Positions 1 through 12,272 of a DNA stretch of 64,000 bases are shown here, piece after piece; position 1 is the stretch's first letter; every line of letters begins with the position of its first letter. This DNA comes from Octopus sinensis. Its lineage: Eukaryota. The stretch spans positions 20,088,001-20,152,000 of the forward strand of contig NC_043002.1 of the NCBI RefSeq assembly GCF_006345805.1. The letters are read 5' to 3'. The notes under the pieces were generated by a model. The model was not told the origin of the DNA. It made no database searches and worked only from the letters and a program-made list of their open reading frames with translations. The translations under genes and the position numbers were made by a program.

Positions 1-222
1 GTCATAATTAAAGAAAGAAAAAGAATTACTAAAAAAAAAAAAAAACTTAATACTCTAAAAGACTAAGATATTGACTAAAGACAAGTCATTTGGTTTGGAA
101 TTCAAATGTATGCAGAAAATAATTGAAAAATTAAAAGAAAAGCAAAACAAAGTAAAAAGAAAGCTTTTGGAGAAAAAAAAGAGAAAGGTTTTCTGTTTGA
201 CTCAATACAAATGCATACAAAC

Positions 223-296
223 CTAAAAGTGGGACGTTTTGTGTATACTCTCCTTTCACAAAAGGACAAGATGTTGAATGTCTTTCGTGTTCAGAC
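223..296 (-). CDS. BIRC6: BIRC6 coding exon 6 (W-SEHERHSTSCPFVKGEYTQNVPLL), end of BIR domain; gene continues beyond the window
   Basis: Completes the C-x2-C-x16-H-x6-C zinc ligands; TTTCCAG acceptor, GTTTGT donor; 74 nt, phase 2 to 1. Confidence 0.94.
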
Positions 297-3200
297 CTGG
301 AAATAAATAGATATATATATATATTATATACATACATACACACACATTATATATACATATAGGCAAGATGGTGAGATGATGTAAGAGCAGTTTCTATGGC
401 ACTGAGGTAGATCCGGCCACCTCCATTAACAGGGACAAAAACCCAGATATAAAATGCTGGATGATGATGATACACACACACACACACACACAGAAGACAG
501 AGGGAGAGAGGAAGACAGAAAAATTAATTAAAAACATAAATGACAAAATAACACAAAAAGTGAACATTATAACAATTTATCAAAAAACCAACTTGAACAC
601 CAATCTCTAAGTTACTAGCTAAACTTTATAAAATATATTTCTAATCTGTTTGTTGAAATTAAAAATAAAAACAAATGGTGTTAACTTGTTTGTTAAATTA
701 CAAGACTTGTGGTGTGGCTAAGTGGCTGGAATACAGAACACAAAATCTTTTACATGTTATGCTGCAGTCCTTGTATTAAAAAACCCTTCTCCACCTTCAA
801 CACACACACAAGTTTCACTACTCTACTCACTCTATGTTATCTAATACAACTCTTTATTCCACAGTTCAGTGGTTATTACCTGAACAGAGCTGATATATAC
901 CTAGACAACTCTAGCAGCTCCTGCTATACATCAAGTATATCATGGTACTTGCAGACACAGATATACAACTATTCTGCAACTATATCAATCATTTTGTAAT
1001 TTATATATTTTCTATCAGTTTTCATGTTATACTGAAGCTCATTGGTAAAGTAAAAGACATTACATTCTTCTTCCACTTCTAAAATTACAGGTTTCTTTGA
1101 ATAAGATACACACTTGATGGTGGAAGACTGCACAACCAGTTTTAACATGGGAACTAATACTCACCAGGAACTAAACTCATACCAGAATCAGATCCCCTAT
1201 ACAAAAAGCCAAGATGATCAATAGGATCTCACATACACTCAAAACTAGAATCTGGCAGTCAACTGGCCATCTTCAAAAGGCAAGATCAACAGACAAAAGA
1301 GACCTTAAGCTCTAGTACTATAGTAGCTTCTTGTAGAATTTCACAAACTAACACTGATCTGGTTCCTCCTTACTGCTATAGCTACACGTACTTTTGGTTT
1401 CCATTTACAAATCATTGAACAAAATATGAAGATCAGGCCTTCTCTATGTGTGAAAATGCAATTTAGTGTAAAAATAATTCTTGATTTAAAAAAAATTTTT
1501 GCTACAGTTGCTAACAATTACCACTCTTTTGTAGTGTTCAGTACACCACCAAATACTTGATTTAACTAAAATCATGCCATTAGCCCACTTTTTGTAATTA
1601 TACAACTTGCAGACAAAAATCTTTGTATTGTTTTTTTTACACTTATTAAAATCTTTGTGCACTGATCAGAGCAGAGTTAAGAAAACTATGACTGCCCGAT
1701 AAGATTTAAAAAGACCAAAACATGTAAATAGCTATTAACTTGCCTACTAACAAAGATCAGATTTTTTTTTCTGTAAGCATATAAATTCAATTTTCTGTGA
1801 AACTGATTCTTAATTCCTTGAAATTCTTTTCCCATTTTCCTTGAGAGTTGCTAGCAATTACTATCAGGGTTTTGTTTGCTTTCCCCAACTAAGGGGCATA
1901 TTTCAATCCACTGTGAATTTTAGCATACATCATTGAATACATTGTTACCTAACTACAAGATCTAGCAAAGATTCAGCACTGTACAACCACAACAATAAAC
2001 AAAAAGCCATCAACTCCTTGGCCAGTAATCCAACACTCTTCATTACCAGCTAATATTCTACTTTTAGTTATAAACCCTTTGGTATTCAAATTACTCAGTC
2101 AAATGTAATGTTTGTTTATTCATATTGCTTTAAATTAATCATGCATTATCTTGTAATTTAGAGATTTTGATGATGTGATTACATTTTTTTTGTACATTCC
2201 GTGTTTAATTACATATAAATATCTACTGCGTCTTTTTACAATTTAGCCTCCAGAAATTCTATCTTGTAGTATACAGTTCTTCATTCACTTCAAGACTTTT
2301 TGGCGGGGTGGGGTACCGGTAGTATAAGCTATTCTCAGTAATTGATCATGAATCATTATCAGTATTTGTTTTCAAGAGATTTACACTACTACTACATTTG
2401 GGAAAATTCTTTATACTACTCTCACTGTTCCTCTTCTCCAATACATTGATAGATTATTTACATTTTAGAATGACTTTCTAGAATGACATTGTTGTGGTTA
2501 GAGGTCAGATCTGGCCAGTTTTAACAAACAAAAAAAAAAAAGGTTAAATATTTTGGCCCAATACAATCATGTTTCTCTAAGTCATATTGCTCAAAATCAC
2601 AAAACAAAGTATAAATAGATCTTGCATTGGATTCGACAATGAATGTGCCAGTTGTTTGATCAGTCAAACAACCTCATAGTATTATAATATAAATGACTGA
2701 GTATTCCACTATGCAGCAAGTCTGGCTCTTTGAATTACAGGTAACGTCAATCTTGTATCTCTACATTTTCCATCAATACAATTTCATAAGGACTGGCTTG
2801 TTTCAAGGTTTGTGAGTTCTACCATAGCAGAAGACACTTGTCCAAGATACTGCACAGTGGGATTGAACCCATAACTTCATGATTACAAACTGAACTTAAG
2901 AAGTTCAGATTGTTGATTATGTATTCAACCATGCATGCACTATAATCAGTGTAATCAGAGAAGCAGATAGCTTTGTCCTATAAAAATATTACTACAATAC
3001 AAAACTACATTCTATTTACTTCAATCAAACTGACTTAAAAATCTGTGGTTTAACTACACTTAGGTAGACTATTTTGGGATACAAAAAGGCATGGAAGAAA
3101 AGAGTATGTGGTGTAATACAAGTCTCTTGGTGAGGTTAACTTAAAGGAAAATATTCACAAAGGATAGGTTTAATAGTATGAAACAACACTAGCTTATAAA

Positions 3201-3647
3201 TGTTATTTGTTTGATACTATCCAATAGAAAGACGCGAGGTTAAAGTTGGAAATCAGAACCTAGATGTTGAAAATAAATACTGCAAATAACTTATCTATTT
3301 GTCATAAACTGTACGAGTAATTGGTTGTGGTTTTTGATGCCTCTTACTAACAAGATACTAATATTCTGGCCATTAATTTTTACAACCACGAATAGCAGAG
3401 AAGAGGTTTCAGATTAATTTGCTCAACTGAATCCAAAAGTATAGTTCTGTGTGGCATAACAGTTCTTACAAAAAAAAAAAAAAAAAAGAAAGAAAGAAAA
3501 TTCATGTATTGTAACCAGATATTTGCTATAAGAATAACTATCAATCCAAGTAAAATGCAAATCCAAGATGATGATGAAATGGATCCCAAATCATCATTCC
3601 CACAAATCATTTTAGGAAGTCATTATTATTGAGTAGTCAATTATTAC

Positions 3648-3776
3648 CAAGGTTCATCTGTGGGCTCCCAGCAGACAAGACACACGTTGCAGGTGAAACA
3701 CATTGCACGATCATCCCCAATAGAATTGGGTTGGTGATAGAATCCAGCTTGTGCCATAGGATCTGGTAGGGCCCAT
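3648..3776 (-). CDS. BIRC6: BIRC6 coding exon 5 (WALPDPMAQAGFYHQPNSIGDDRAMCFTCNVCLVCWEPTDEP), BIR core; absent from the ORF track
   Basis: Manual translation gives the BIR core MAQAGFY..DRAMCFTC; TTTTCAG acceptor, GTAAT donor; 129 nt, phase 2 to 2. Confidence 0.96.
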
Positions 3777-3947
3777 CTGAAAAATAGAAAGCAGTTTTCT
3801 AGTTAAGACAAAAGATTTTATTTAAATAATTGCCCTGAGAAGAGAAAGAAACATACAAAAGGAAAAACATTTGAAATGAATTGCAAAAATAAAATTAAGA
3901 ATCAAATTAAATGCTACTAGTTCACATATTATCCAGGTATTCTTTTA

Positions 3948-4146
3948 TTCTTTCATTTGTTTCAGTCATTTGACAACAGCCATGCTGGAGCACCGCCTTT
4001 TAGTTGAACAAATCAACCCCAATACTTATTCTTTATAAGCCTAGTACTTATTCTATCGGTCTCTTTTGCTGAACTGCAAAGTTACAGAGACATAAACACA
4101 CCAGCATCGGTTGTCAAGCGATGGTGGTGATGGGGCAAACACAAAT

Positions 4147-4189
<43 letters not shown>

Positions 4190-4345
4190 ACGGGCTTCTT
4201 TTCAGTTTCCATCTACCAAATCCACTCACAAAGTTTTAGTCAGCCTGAGGCTATAGTAGAAGACACTTGCCCAAGGTACCACACAATGGAACTGAACCTG
4301 GAACTATGTGGTTGGTAAGCAAGCTACTTACCACACAGCCACTTC
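3948..4345 (-). mobile_element. Full-length SINE, same family, reverse orientation
   Basis: Reverse complement of the 7651-8144 consensus. Confidence 0.85.
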
Positions 4346-5250
4346 ATATCAGAAATTTTCACAAAAACTTTTTTTAAATAATCACAATCCTTGCTGAAAA
4401 CAAATACAGATGTCTAAGATGTGATACTCAACAAGTCTATGCAATAGTACATATTTACTGTGTTTTCATCCATTTATCTATACTTATATTTCTCTTTTTT
4501 CATGGAAAGATGCCATTCCAACTCAACTGCTAACCCCTTAACTGTGTAGTCAAAGTAGAATCTTCCTTTTATTAGTAAGGTAAGATTTGAACTTATGACT
4601 GATCATCAATCTAGTATCTTAACCTTAGAGACTGGTCACCGATATTCACAAGCTACAAAATGAAAACCACCACAAAACTTTAAAAAAACAACAAAACAGC
4701 TTTATTACAAAGCATAAAACATGGGTCAGTTTAAATCATCGAAGATGGCCTTCTTGTATTTAGGAAAATAGACACATGAATGATTTTTCATAAGATTGAT
4801 GAAACCCTTAACAGTTATAAAATCCAGCTGCTTACAGTAATGGGTTGTACCACTAAATGGTATCCATTTACAGCCAGGTGCACTGAGTATTGGCCTTCAG
4901 TACAGTACAACCCTAGTATATGGTCTAGAAACAGCACAGAAATTAGCAAACTGAGGCTTGATCTGATGCCAACAAATAGCAACATATTTTTGTGGGTGGG
5001 AGTGGTTACTATTTTTACATGCTTTCCCCATGCTTTGATGGATGCAATGGCTTCTAGCTGGAGTAATTATTTTTAGAGGATGACATGGCTGTGCGGCTAA
5101 GAGGTTTGTTTCACAACTACATGATTTTGGGTTCAGTCTCACTGCACAACACCTTGAGTAAATGTCTTTTACTATAGCCCTGAGCCAATCCAAGGAACAT
5201 GAAATTTAAAAGAAATAAATTGCAGGAAGTCCATTGTATATTTGTGTGTA

Positions 5251-5686
5251 GGGAAGGTGAGGAAGGGGTAGACTCAGGAAGATGTGGGATAAATTGGTGA
5301 GAAAGGATCTTCAGATGCTGGGCCTCACAGTGGGAATGACAAGGGACCAAAACTTCTGGCGGTTTGTTGCGCTTGAGAAGACATGTTAAGCTAAGTAAAA
5401 TCATGGTTGTCTTTGCATTCAGGCACATCCCCTGCATCTTTCTTCAGCTGTGCAATCCTAACCTTGCAGGCTCATGGGTGCTGGTGCCATGTTAAAAGCA
5501 CCCATGCCAGTGCCACAGAGGAGCATCCATCCTTGTGCACCCGGTACACTATGTAAAGTGGGTGGTGTTAGGAAGGTCATCTAGCTGTAGAAGCCATACC
5601 AAAACAGACATGGAGCTTGGGCAGCTCCTGACACACTGTCTAGTCCATGCCAGTATGGAAAACGGACATTAAATGGTGATGATGAT
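5251..5686 (+). mobile_element. 5'-truncated RTE LINE 3' end (ORF C-terminus + 3' UTR + (GAT)n tail)
   Basis: Translates GRGRLRKMWDKLVRKDLQMLGLTVGMTRDQNFWRFVALEKTC*, typical of RTE C-termini; ends GTATGGAAAACGGACATTAAATGGTGATGATGA. Confidence 0.8.
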
Positions 5687-6074
5687 ACATATATAAAATA
5701 AACATACAATGGGCTTACTGCAATGTCCATTGATTAAATGTCTTATGTGCATGTGTGTGTGTTGTGAATATATATTCTGTACCTTTCAACATTAAGGTGT
5801 TGATGTTGGCATTCCTTGATGATACTATATGGTCACTCTCAATGAAAAACAGGTAAGGGTTGGCAACAGGAAGAGCATTCAGCTGTAGAATTCTTCCCCA
5901 AATAATCTCCATCCAAATCTATGCTAGCATAGCAAAATGTACATCAAATTAATGAATGAACTTTCCTATTGCAAACCGTTCAACCATGGAATGTGCTTTA
6001 TTCAAAGTTTAGAGACAAAAGGAAAAAAAATACCAGAGTAGAAACCATCATTGAAGTGTAACTTTTTAACTTAC

Positions 6075-6325
6075 TTGTAATTCATGTGAGGCCACTTGCC
6101 AAATGTTTCCCGCCGTGCAGCTTCACTGTACATAAGAGATCGTTCCACTGGGCCAGAGCCGATTTCTGGTAGACTACTGGGCAGCAAGTAGCTTAACCTG
6201 TTACTGATGGCAGCAGCAATAGATAGACCTGGACGGTGTTGGTTAAGCCTCTTCATTTCTGCTACCACATTACTGCATACGGTCTTCAGAGCACAATGAG
6301 GGAGCTGGATGCACACAGTGGCCCA
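6075..6325 (-). CDS. BIRC6: BIRC6 coding exon 4 (WATVCIQLPH...RLSYLLPS...RSLMYSEAARRETFGKWPHMNY), start of BIR domain
   Basis: Strong resemblance to BIRC6 WATV..LPH, RLSYLLPS and RSLMYSEANRRETF..WPH; CAACAG acceptor, GTAAGT donor; 251 nt, phase 0 to 2. Confidence 0.95.
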
Positions 6326-7650
6326 CTGTTGAAGAACAAACCATATGTTGTTGCAATGTGTAAATACTGATGCACAATGTATTGACATAGATAAACAATT
6401 GTTCACTTTAGCTCAATAAGACTGGCAAAAGATTCCTCGCAGCTGCTGATTATGTTACCAGAAATGATAAAAATTACACACATATGCACAGTTAGAGGAT
6501 ATATTTTCACAAGCATAAAAACTTAATATTAACTGAAAATAAGACTCACTACAGGCACAGTCATGTTTTAATAATTTTGTTGATGGTAACTTTAGAGTCT
6601 AAGATATCAAAATGTATACAAAAAATATTCCAATTTTAATATAAACCATTTACCTTTATTAGACACAACTGGGAAAGAGAATATGTAAAAGTAATATGTA
6701 TCCGCCTACATTAATTTTAAAAATAAATACATGTCCTGGTTTTTCTACCAGGAGTGCCACTGAGAAATATAACCATTTTAAATGCAATACTCAATGAGAA
6801 CAAGGAAAAACGTTAAGAGTGCAGAAAAATTATAAAGAATACAAAAATAAACTTTATTAAAACCAGCACTTAATGAGGTGAGTTAACATCCCTGAAACTA
6901 TCAGAAACAAACTGTCTGTGTGTTCAAGGCAATGTTATTCTGATCAATGATGTAACAATATTTAAACCCCTAAATACAACAAACATTAATTAACCCATAG
7001 AGTTAGGTTTATACTGTGTTGCTAAGTTATGCAGTAAAAGAAGTTGGAAAACTTGAGGTGAGGGTGGGGGAAAACAGTTGTAAGACATCTCAAACAACTT
7101 CAATTATATTGAGGTATTTTTCTGATGTAGTCTAGTTCATACTCCGAGTCAAACCTAATAGTGTCAAACCTGTGATCAAAGGTATTTGAGCTATAACAAT
7201 CTCATTTTCTTCCCAAATATATCAGACTGCAACTACCCAATGTTTACCCCCTTTTTTTAATTTATTCTTTATTAAATGGTATGGAATTGTTTGCTATTTC
7301 TACCAAGTCAAACAATATATTGAAGAAAGGAAAGTGAAAACGAGAGAGAAAATAGTGAACTGAAGTCTGGACAAAATAGCTGAGAAAACTTAAAATAACC
7401 TAAAATAAAGTAAGAAAAATTAAAATATATTACTCTATTCTAAAAACATTGAGTAAATAATTTTCAAAATTACAAATAATGTAAATACTAACATGGGTCC
7501 AACCCATGTCAGCATGGAAAACAGACATTAAAGGATGATGATGAAATACTTAATCATATAGTGTTTAATCAAATTGTCATGAACTGTATCCCAGGTATCA
7601 GTCTTTGGAATTACAATACCTTCCCATAATTGGTTTAGATTCATTCACAA

Positions 7651-7842
7651 GCAGGAGTGGCTGTTTGGTAGGTAGCTTGCTTACCAGCACATGGTTCCGA
7701 GTCCGTTCCCACTGTGTAGCACCTTGGGCAAGTGTCTTCTACTATAGCCTCAGGCCGACCAAGGCCTTGTGAGTGGATTTGGTAAATGGAAACTGAAAGA
7801 AGCCCGTCGTATACATGTGTGTGTGTGTGGTGTGTGTGTGTG

Positions 7843-7928
<86 letters not shown>

Positions 7929-8144
7929 TGTGTGTGTATATGTTTGTGTGTCTGTGTTTGTCCCCACCAACATTGCTTGACAACCGATGGTGGTGTGTTT
8001 ACGTTCCCATAACTTAGCGGTTCACCAAAAGAAACCAATAGAATAAGTACTAGACTTCCAAAGAATAAGTCCTGGGGTCGATTTGCTCGACTAAAGGCGG
8101 TGCTTCAGCATGGCCGCAGTCAAATGACTGAAACAAGTAAAAGA
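7651..8144 (+). mobile_element. Full-length SINE, same family, with expanded (TA)n
   Basis: Colinear with 45810-46213. Confidence 0.88.
7845..7925. repeat. (TA)n microsatellite (others at about 311-360, 4160-4185, 44320-44352, 46220-46253)
   Basis: Direct reading of the sequence. Confidence 0.95.
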
Positions 8145-8823
8145 ATAATAGAGTAAATTGCCCTCTGGGTAGTTTCCTGCTCGTTACTATATGATGATTA
8201 CTCGTTTGATTCCCAATTTGTGATTTTTCTGATGCTACTACTAATTTACCTTTGTATCCTTTATCTAAAAGTACTCACTCAGTAAATTTAGGGCATAACT
8301 ACATAAGTGCACCCCATCAGCTGTTTCCTCAAAAATTTCTGAAAAATGGATATTTGCAGATGAAATTTTCTGCAGATACATTTCAGACTGTGCAGATTAC
8401 ATTGGAATTTGTTGAGAAAAACTTTTTCAGAGGTGGGGAAAGGAGATTTTGGATAAGTCACATGCTTCAAATTTTGCTTCCTCATAACTTTCAGATTGTG
8501 TAGATTATGATTATATTGGAATTTAGTGTAGGGGAAAAAATTTGGAGGATTGATATTTCATGCATCTTGAGAGTTTCCTCATATATTTTGATAATTATAC
8601 TTGCTTTACCTCAGTAAAAGTTACATAACCCAAGCTAATAAGTAAGCAACTTTGTTGTAGTATAAATGAACATCTGAAACTAGTAAAAGAAACTATAACT
8701 TGGTATACCACATATTAAAATACACAATATACAGGTTGACTGAAAGAGAATCTGTTGTTCTGAAAATGGAGAAAAAAAAAATTCAGCAAAAAAAAAAAAA
8801 GAAGATAAGGAAAGATGGTGCAC

Positions 8824-8958
8824 CTTAGCAGTTTTGTGGTTAGCCTTAGCAAGTTCCTGCATGGAGTCAACTGCTCGATCAAGTTCTTTGAGGAAATCAT
8901 CCACATAGTCAATGCCAGGCAATTCAGCAGCAGCAAGAGATTTCAAAAGCTGATTAGC
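8824..8958 (-). CDS. BIRC6: BIRC6 coding exon 3 (ANQLLKSLAAAELPGIDYVDDFLKELDRAVDSMQELAKANHKTAK)
   Basis: Resembles human AQQLL...AANHKVAK; TTTTACAG acceptor, GTGCAC donor; 135 nt, phase 0 to 0. Confidence 0.9.
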
Positions 8959-9310
8959 CTGTAAAATAAATACACACAGTAATTTCAAAAAGCTTGTCTC
9001 TGCATCTTTAGAATCACAAGAAAATGTATTTGTTACACTAGTACAAGGTTTACAGGAAGTGAATCAGATTCTATAATGTTTATGCATTTCACAAAAGCAT
9101 AAACAATATAAGTGAAAAAGAAAACAAGATAGCCCTATATCCACCACATGATTCTACAATACAAACTTCTTGTTTTGAAGTGATCTAAGTTAAAAACCCT
9201 TTATCAAAATTTCATGTGAGCCAAACACCAACTTAACAACAGTTATTTTAATAAATTCTTCATTATCTTCAAAATTAATTAAAACAAAAGAAGTGTATTT
9301 CAAAAGAAAT

Positions 9311-9828
9311 CATCACCATCATCATCGTTTAACGTCCGCTTTCCATGCTAGCATGGGTTGGACGATTTTGACTGAGGGGTGGCGAACCAGATAGCTGCAC
9401 CAGGCTCCAATCTTGATCTGGCAGAGTTTCTACAGCTGGATGTCTTCCTAACGTCAAACACTCCAAGAGTGTAGAGGGTGCCTTTTATGTGCCACTGGCA
9501 CGGAGGCCAGTCAGGCGGTACTGGCAACGACCTCGCTCGAATCTTTTTACACATGCCACCGGCACAGGTGCCAGTAAGGCGACACTGGTACTGATCACGC
9601 TCAAATGGTGCCTTTTACGTGCCACCGGCACGGAAGCCAGTTAGCTGCTCTGGCAACGATCACGCTCGGATGGTGCTCTTAGCACCCTACTAGCACGGGC
9701 ACAAGTGCCAGTAAGGCGACACTGGTAACGATCACACTTGAATGGTGCCTTTTATGTGCCACTCGCACGGAAATCGGCTAGTCGCTCTTTCAACGATCAC
9801 ACTCGTATGGTGTTCTTTGCACCCCGAT
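9311..9828 (-). mobile_element. RTE LINE 3' UTR with about 5.5 tandem ~65-bp units, inserted in a piggyBac-like MITE
   Basis: (CAT)n-TTTAACGTCCGCTTTCCATGCTAGCATGGGTTGGAC tail; repeated GGTGC.TTTTA.GTGCCAC.GGCAC units; flanks 9150-9310 and 9830-9845 match the 11160-11360 element. Confidence 0.8.
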
Positions 9829-11563
9829 AGTAACAAAAGGGTTAAAAGCTTCATCCAGGTTTGAAATCAAAATATTTCATAAAAATTGACATGTTATTGG
9901 ATAACTATCAGAAAGTTTACCTCCAAAGTGATGAGTGAAGGTCAGCCAAAGCTCATTTGATACATAAATGACTATAACTAATAACTAAAAGGACTAAACC
10001 TGAAACTAAACTGGTGTAGCAAACTCAGCTTGCTAGAAGCTTACCACCAGTCTTCAATGAGTATGTATAGAACAGAAATTTTTATATGGTGCATCAAAAA
10101 TTCTTTCGTAACTATTCTTATTAGGTAATCAGTTTGTATCAGGAACTTTTAGACATCAAAATATGAAGGCCTAAAGATAAACAAGTATTTGCATTCATTA
10201 CATGCCAGTGCCATGTGAAAATCACCCAAGCTGGCACCACATAAAAAGCACCCACTACTCTCTGTAAAATGGTTGGTGTTAAGAAAGACATCCAGCCGTA
10301 GAAACCATGCCAAAATAGATGACTGGAGCTTGGTACAGTCCTCCAGCTTGCCACCTCCTGTCAAACTGTCTAACCCACACCAATATGGAAAATGGATGTT
10401 AAATGATAACGAAGACTAATTAATCTGACAAGGTCATCGCTAAAACTGTGTGACAATATTGTATAATGATATATAAATGTACTGGAATATACAAAATAAT
10501 CACTATCCATCATTAATTAACACTCCTTTAAACCATTTGTATTGGGGTTATTCTTTTATTGAAAAGCTATGATCAGTTTGACAAATTCATAAATATTCTA
10601 AATACCATAATTTTAGTATTTTACAAACACTTTTCTAGAATGTTTGAAACAATTTTGAATATTATTAGACCAAGTATTTTTCAATTGGCCAAAATGAAAT
10701 GTAGTGTACAACATCTTGAAGAACAGAACTCATTATCAGGTATTCTGTATAGTCCAATACCTTATCTCCACATATAATATTTATACATACAACTGAACAT
10801 TGTATTGCATAACATTTCTTTGGTAATAAGTACACATATCATCTGACATATAGGCTCAAAACAACTGATGATTGGATCCGCTTTCATGGTGATAATAAGC
10901 AGGTGAGAGAAATTTACTCTAGGATCATAGAATGATAATCAATCCTAAAAGATATTTCCTGAAAATGTGGTATATAAATAAATATCCAACTTTGCATTAT
11001 AACAAATCTCTTTATGAATCCTTGTCTCTCAAACAACTAAAAAAAAAATAAGGTTACTGTGTCAATGTTTTGTCTGCTCCACTGAATGATGGAAATGAAA
11101 AGGGCCAGTGATTCAACAGTTATAATAAGAGAACCGAAGAAAATTGTTTAGGATGGGCTTTAACCTTTTGTTAGTATATTTCTGCTGAAATAGGCTTCAT
11201 TGATTCACTTCAGAAAATAACGAAAAATTTCATAAAATAACTGTCACTATTAATCTAGTGTATTGACATAAATTGACAAGAAATTTTGGTGGAATGTTTT
11301 AATCTCGACCACTTTAAAACAAGTTTGTAGGAACAGTCTCAAGCAAGCTAGTATCAAAAAGTGCAAATTGAAACATGTAGAATTAAGTATATCCATGGAG
11401 ACAAGTGGAATGCCTGGAATGAATAAAAACTAAGGACTAATGAACAAATTATGCAATGCATTATGTACTAAATCATTTTCTTCTTAATGAGCAGTAACAT
11501 ATTAAATAAAATTATATTTTCATCCATTTCACTCATTTTAATGCCAAGTACTTTACAACTAAC

Positions 11564-12272
11564 AAATATCTTTTATAATTTTTCATTTCAAAAGCATATC
11601 TTTCTAGTGTCTACAGTTTAGCATTTGAGATATTTCATTATCAAATGTGTGTCATTATTTTTCTGATTACGATAGTGGTTTGTGATAAGAAATAGTCTAT
11701 GGAAAGAATAAATAATAAATATAACAAGTAAATTAAAATTATTTCTTAATTCTGTACTGCAGTTCAATGGACATAGTGTGTATGAGTTCAAAATTAACAA
11801 AAATAGATGTTCATAGATTAATAATTATTAGTCTGGAAAGACATAATTTCACTTGTTGAGGAAGAATATGTTTAGACTGCTACAGAACAACTAATTGTGA
11901 TAATTCTCCACAAATGTAGGAATATAGGAGGGCAGCTTGATAAACAGTCTGCAATCAAATTTTGATCCTCTTAGCTATTGTACATTACAAAATAAAGATG
12001 GCGTGAACATTATCACTGCTGTTTAGATTAGATACCTCTGATCACAAAAGATGAGGAAACTATGTCCATTGAACTGCAGTACAGAATTAAGAAATAATTT
12101 AAATTTACTTGTTATATTTATCATCTATTCTTTCTATAGACTATTTCTTATCACAAACCACTATCGTAATCAAAAAAATAATGACACACATTTGATAATG
12201 AAATATCTCAAATGCTAAAATGTAGACACTAGAAAGATATGCTTTTGAAATGAAAAATTATAAAAGATATTT
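11564..12272. repeat. Long near-perfect inverted repeat (arms 11564-11777 and 12059-12272)
   Basis: About 214-bp arms, reverse-complementary with only about six differences seen by eye; spacer about 280 bp. Confidence 0.92.

Noticed and set aside
7742-8038. ORFs with (IY)n or (CV)n peptides (also 4121, 44074, 46081)
   Set aside because: Artefacts of (TA)n and (TG)n microsatellites inside SINEs.
8191-8232. ATGATGA...CTGA C/D-like pair
   Set aside because: Only about 42 nt long and antisense to the host gene.
9477-9828. CRISPR-like repeat/variable-spacer appearance (also at 14731, 19582, 39362)
   Set aside because: The variable parts are homologous to each other, the arrays sit within RTE LINE 3' UTRs in a spliced animal gene, and no cas genes are present.
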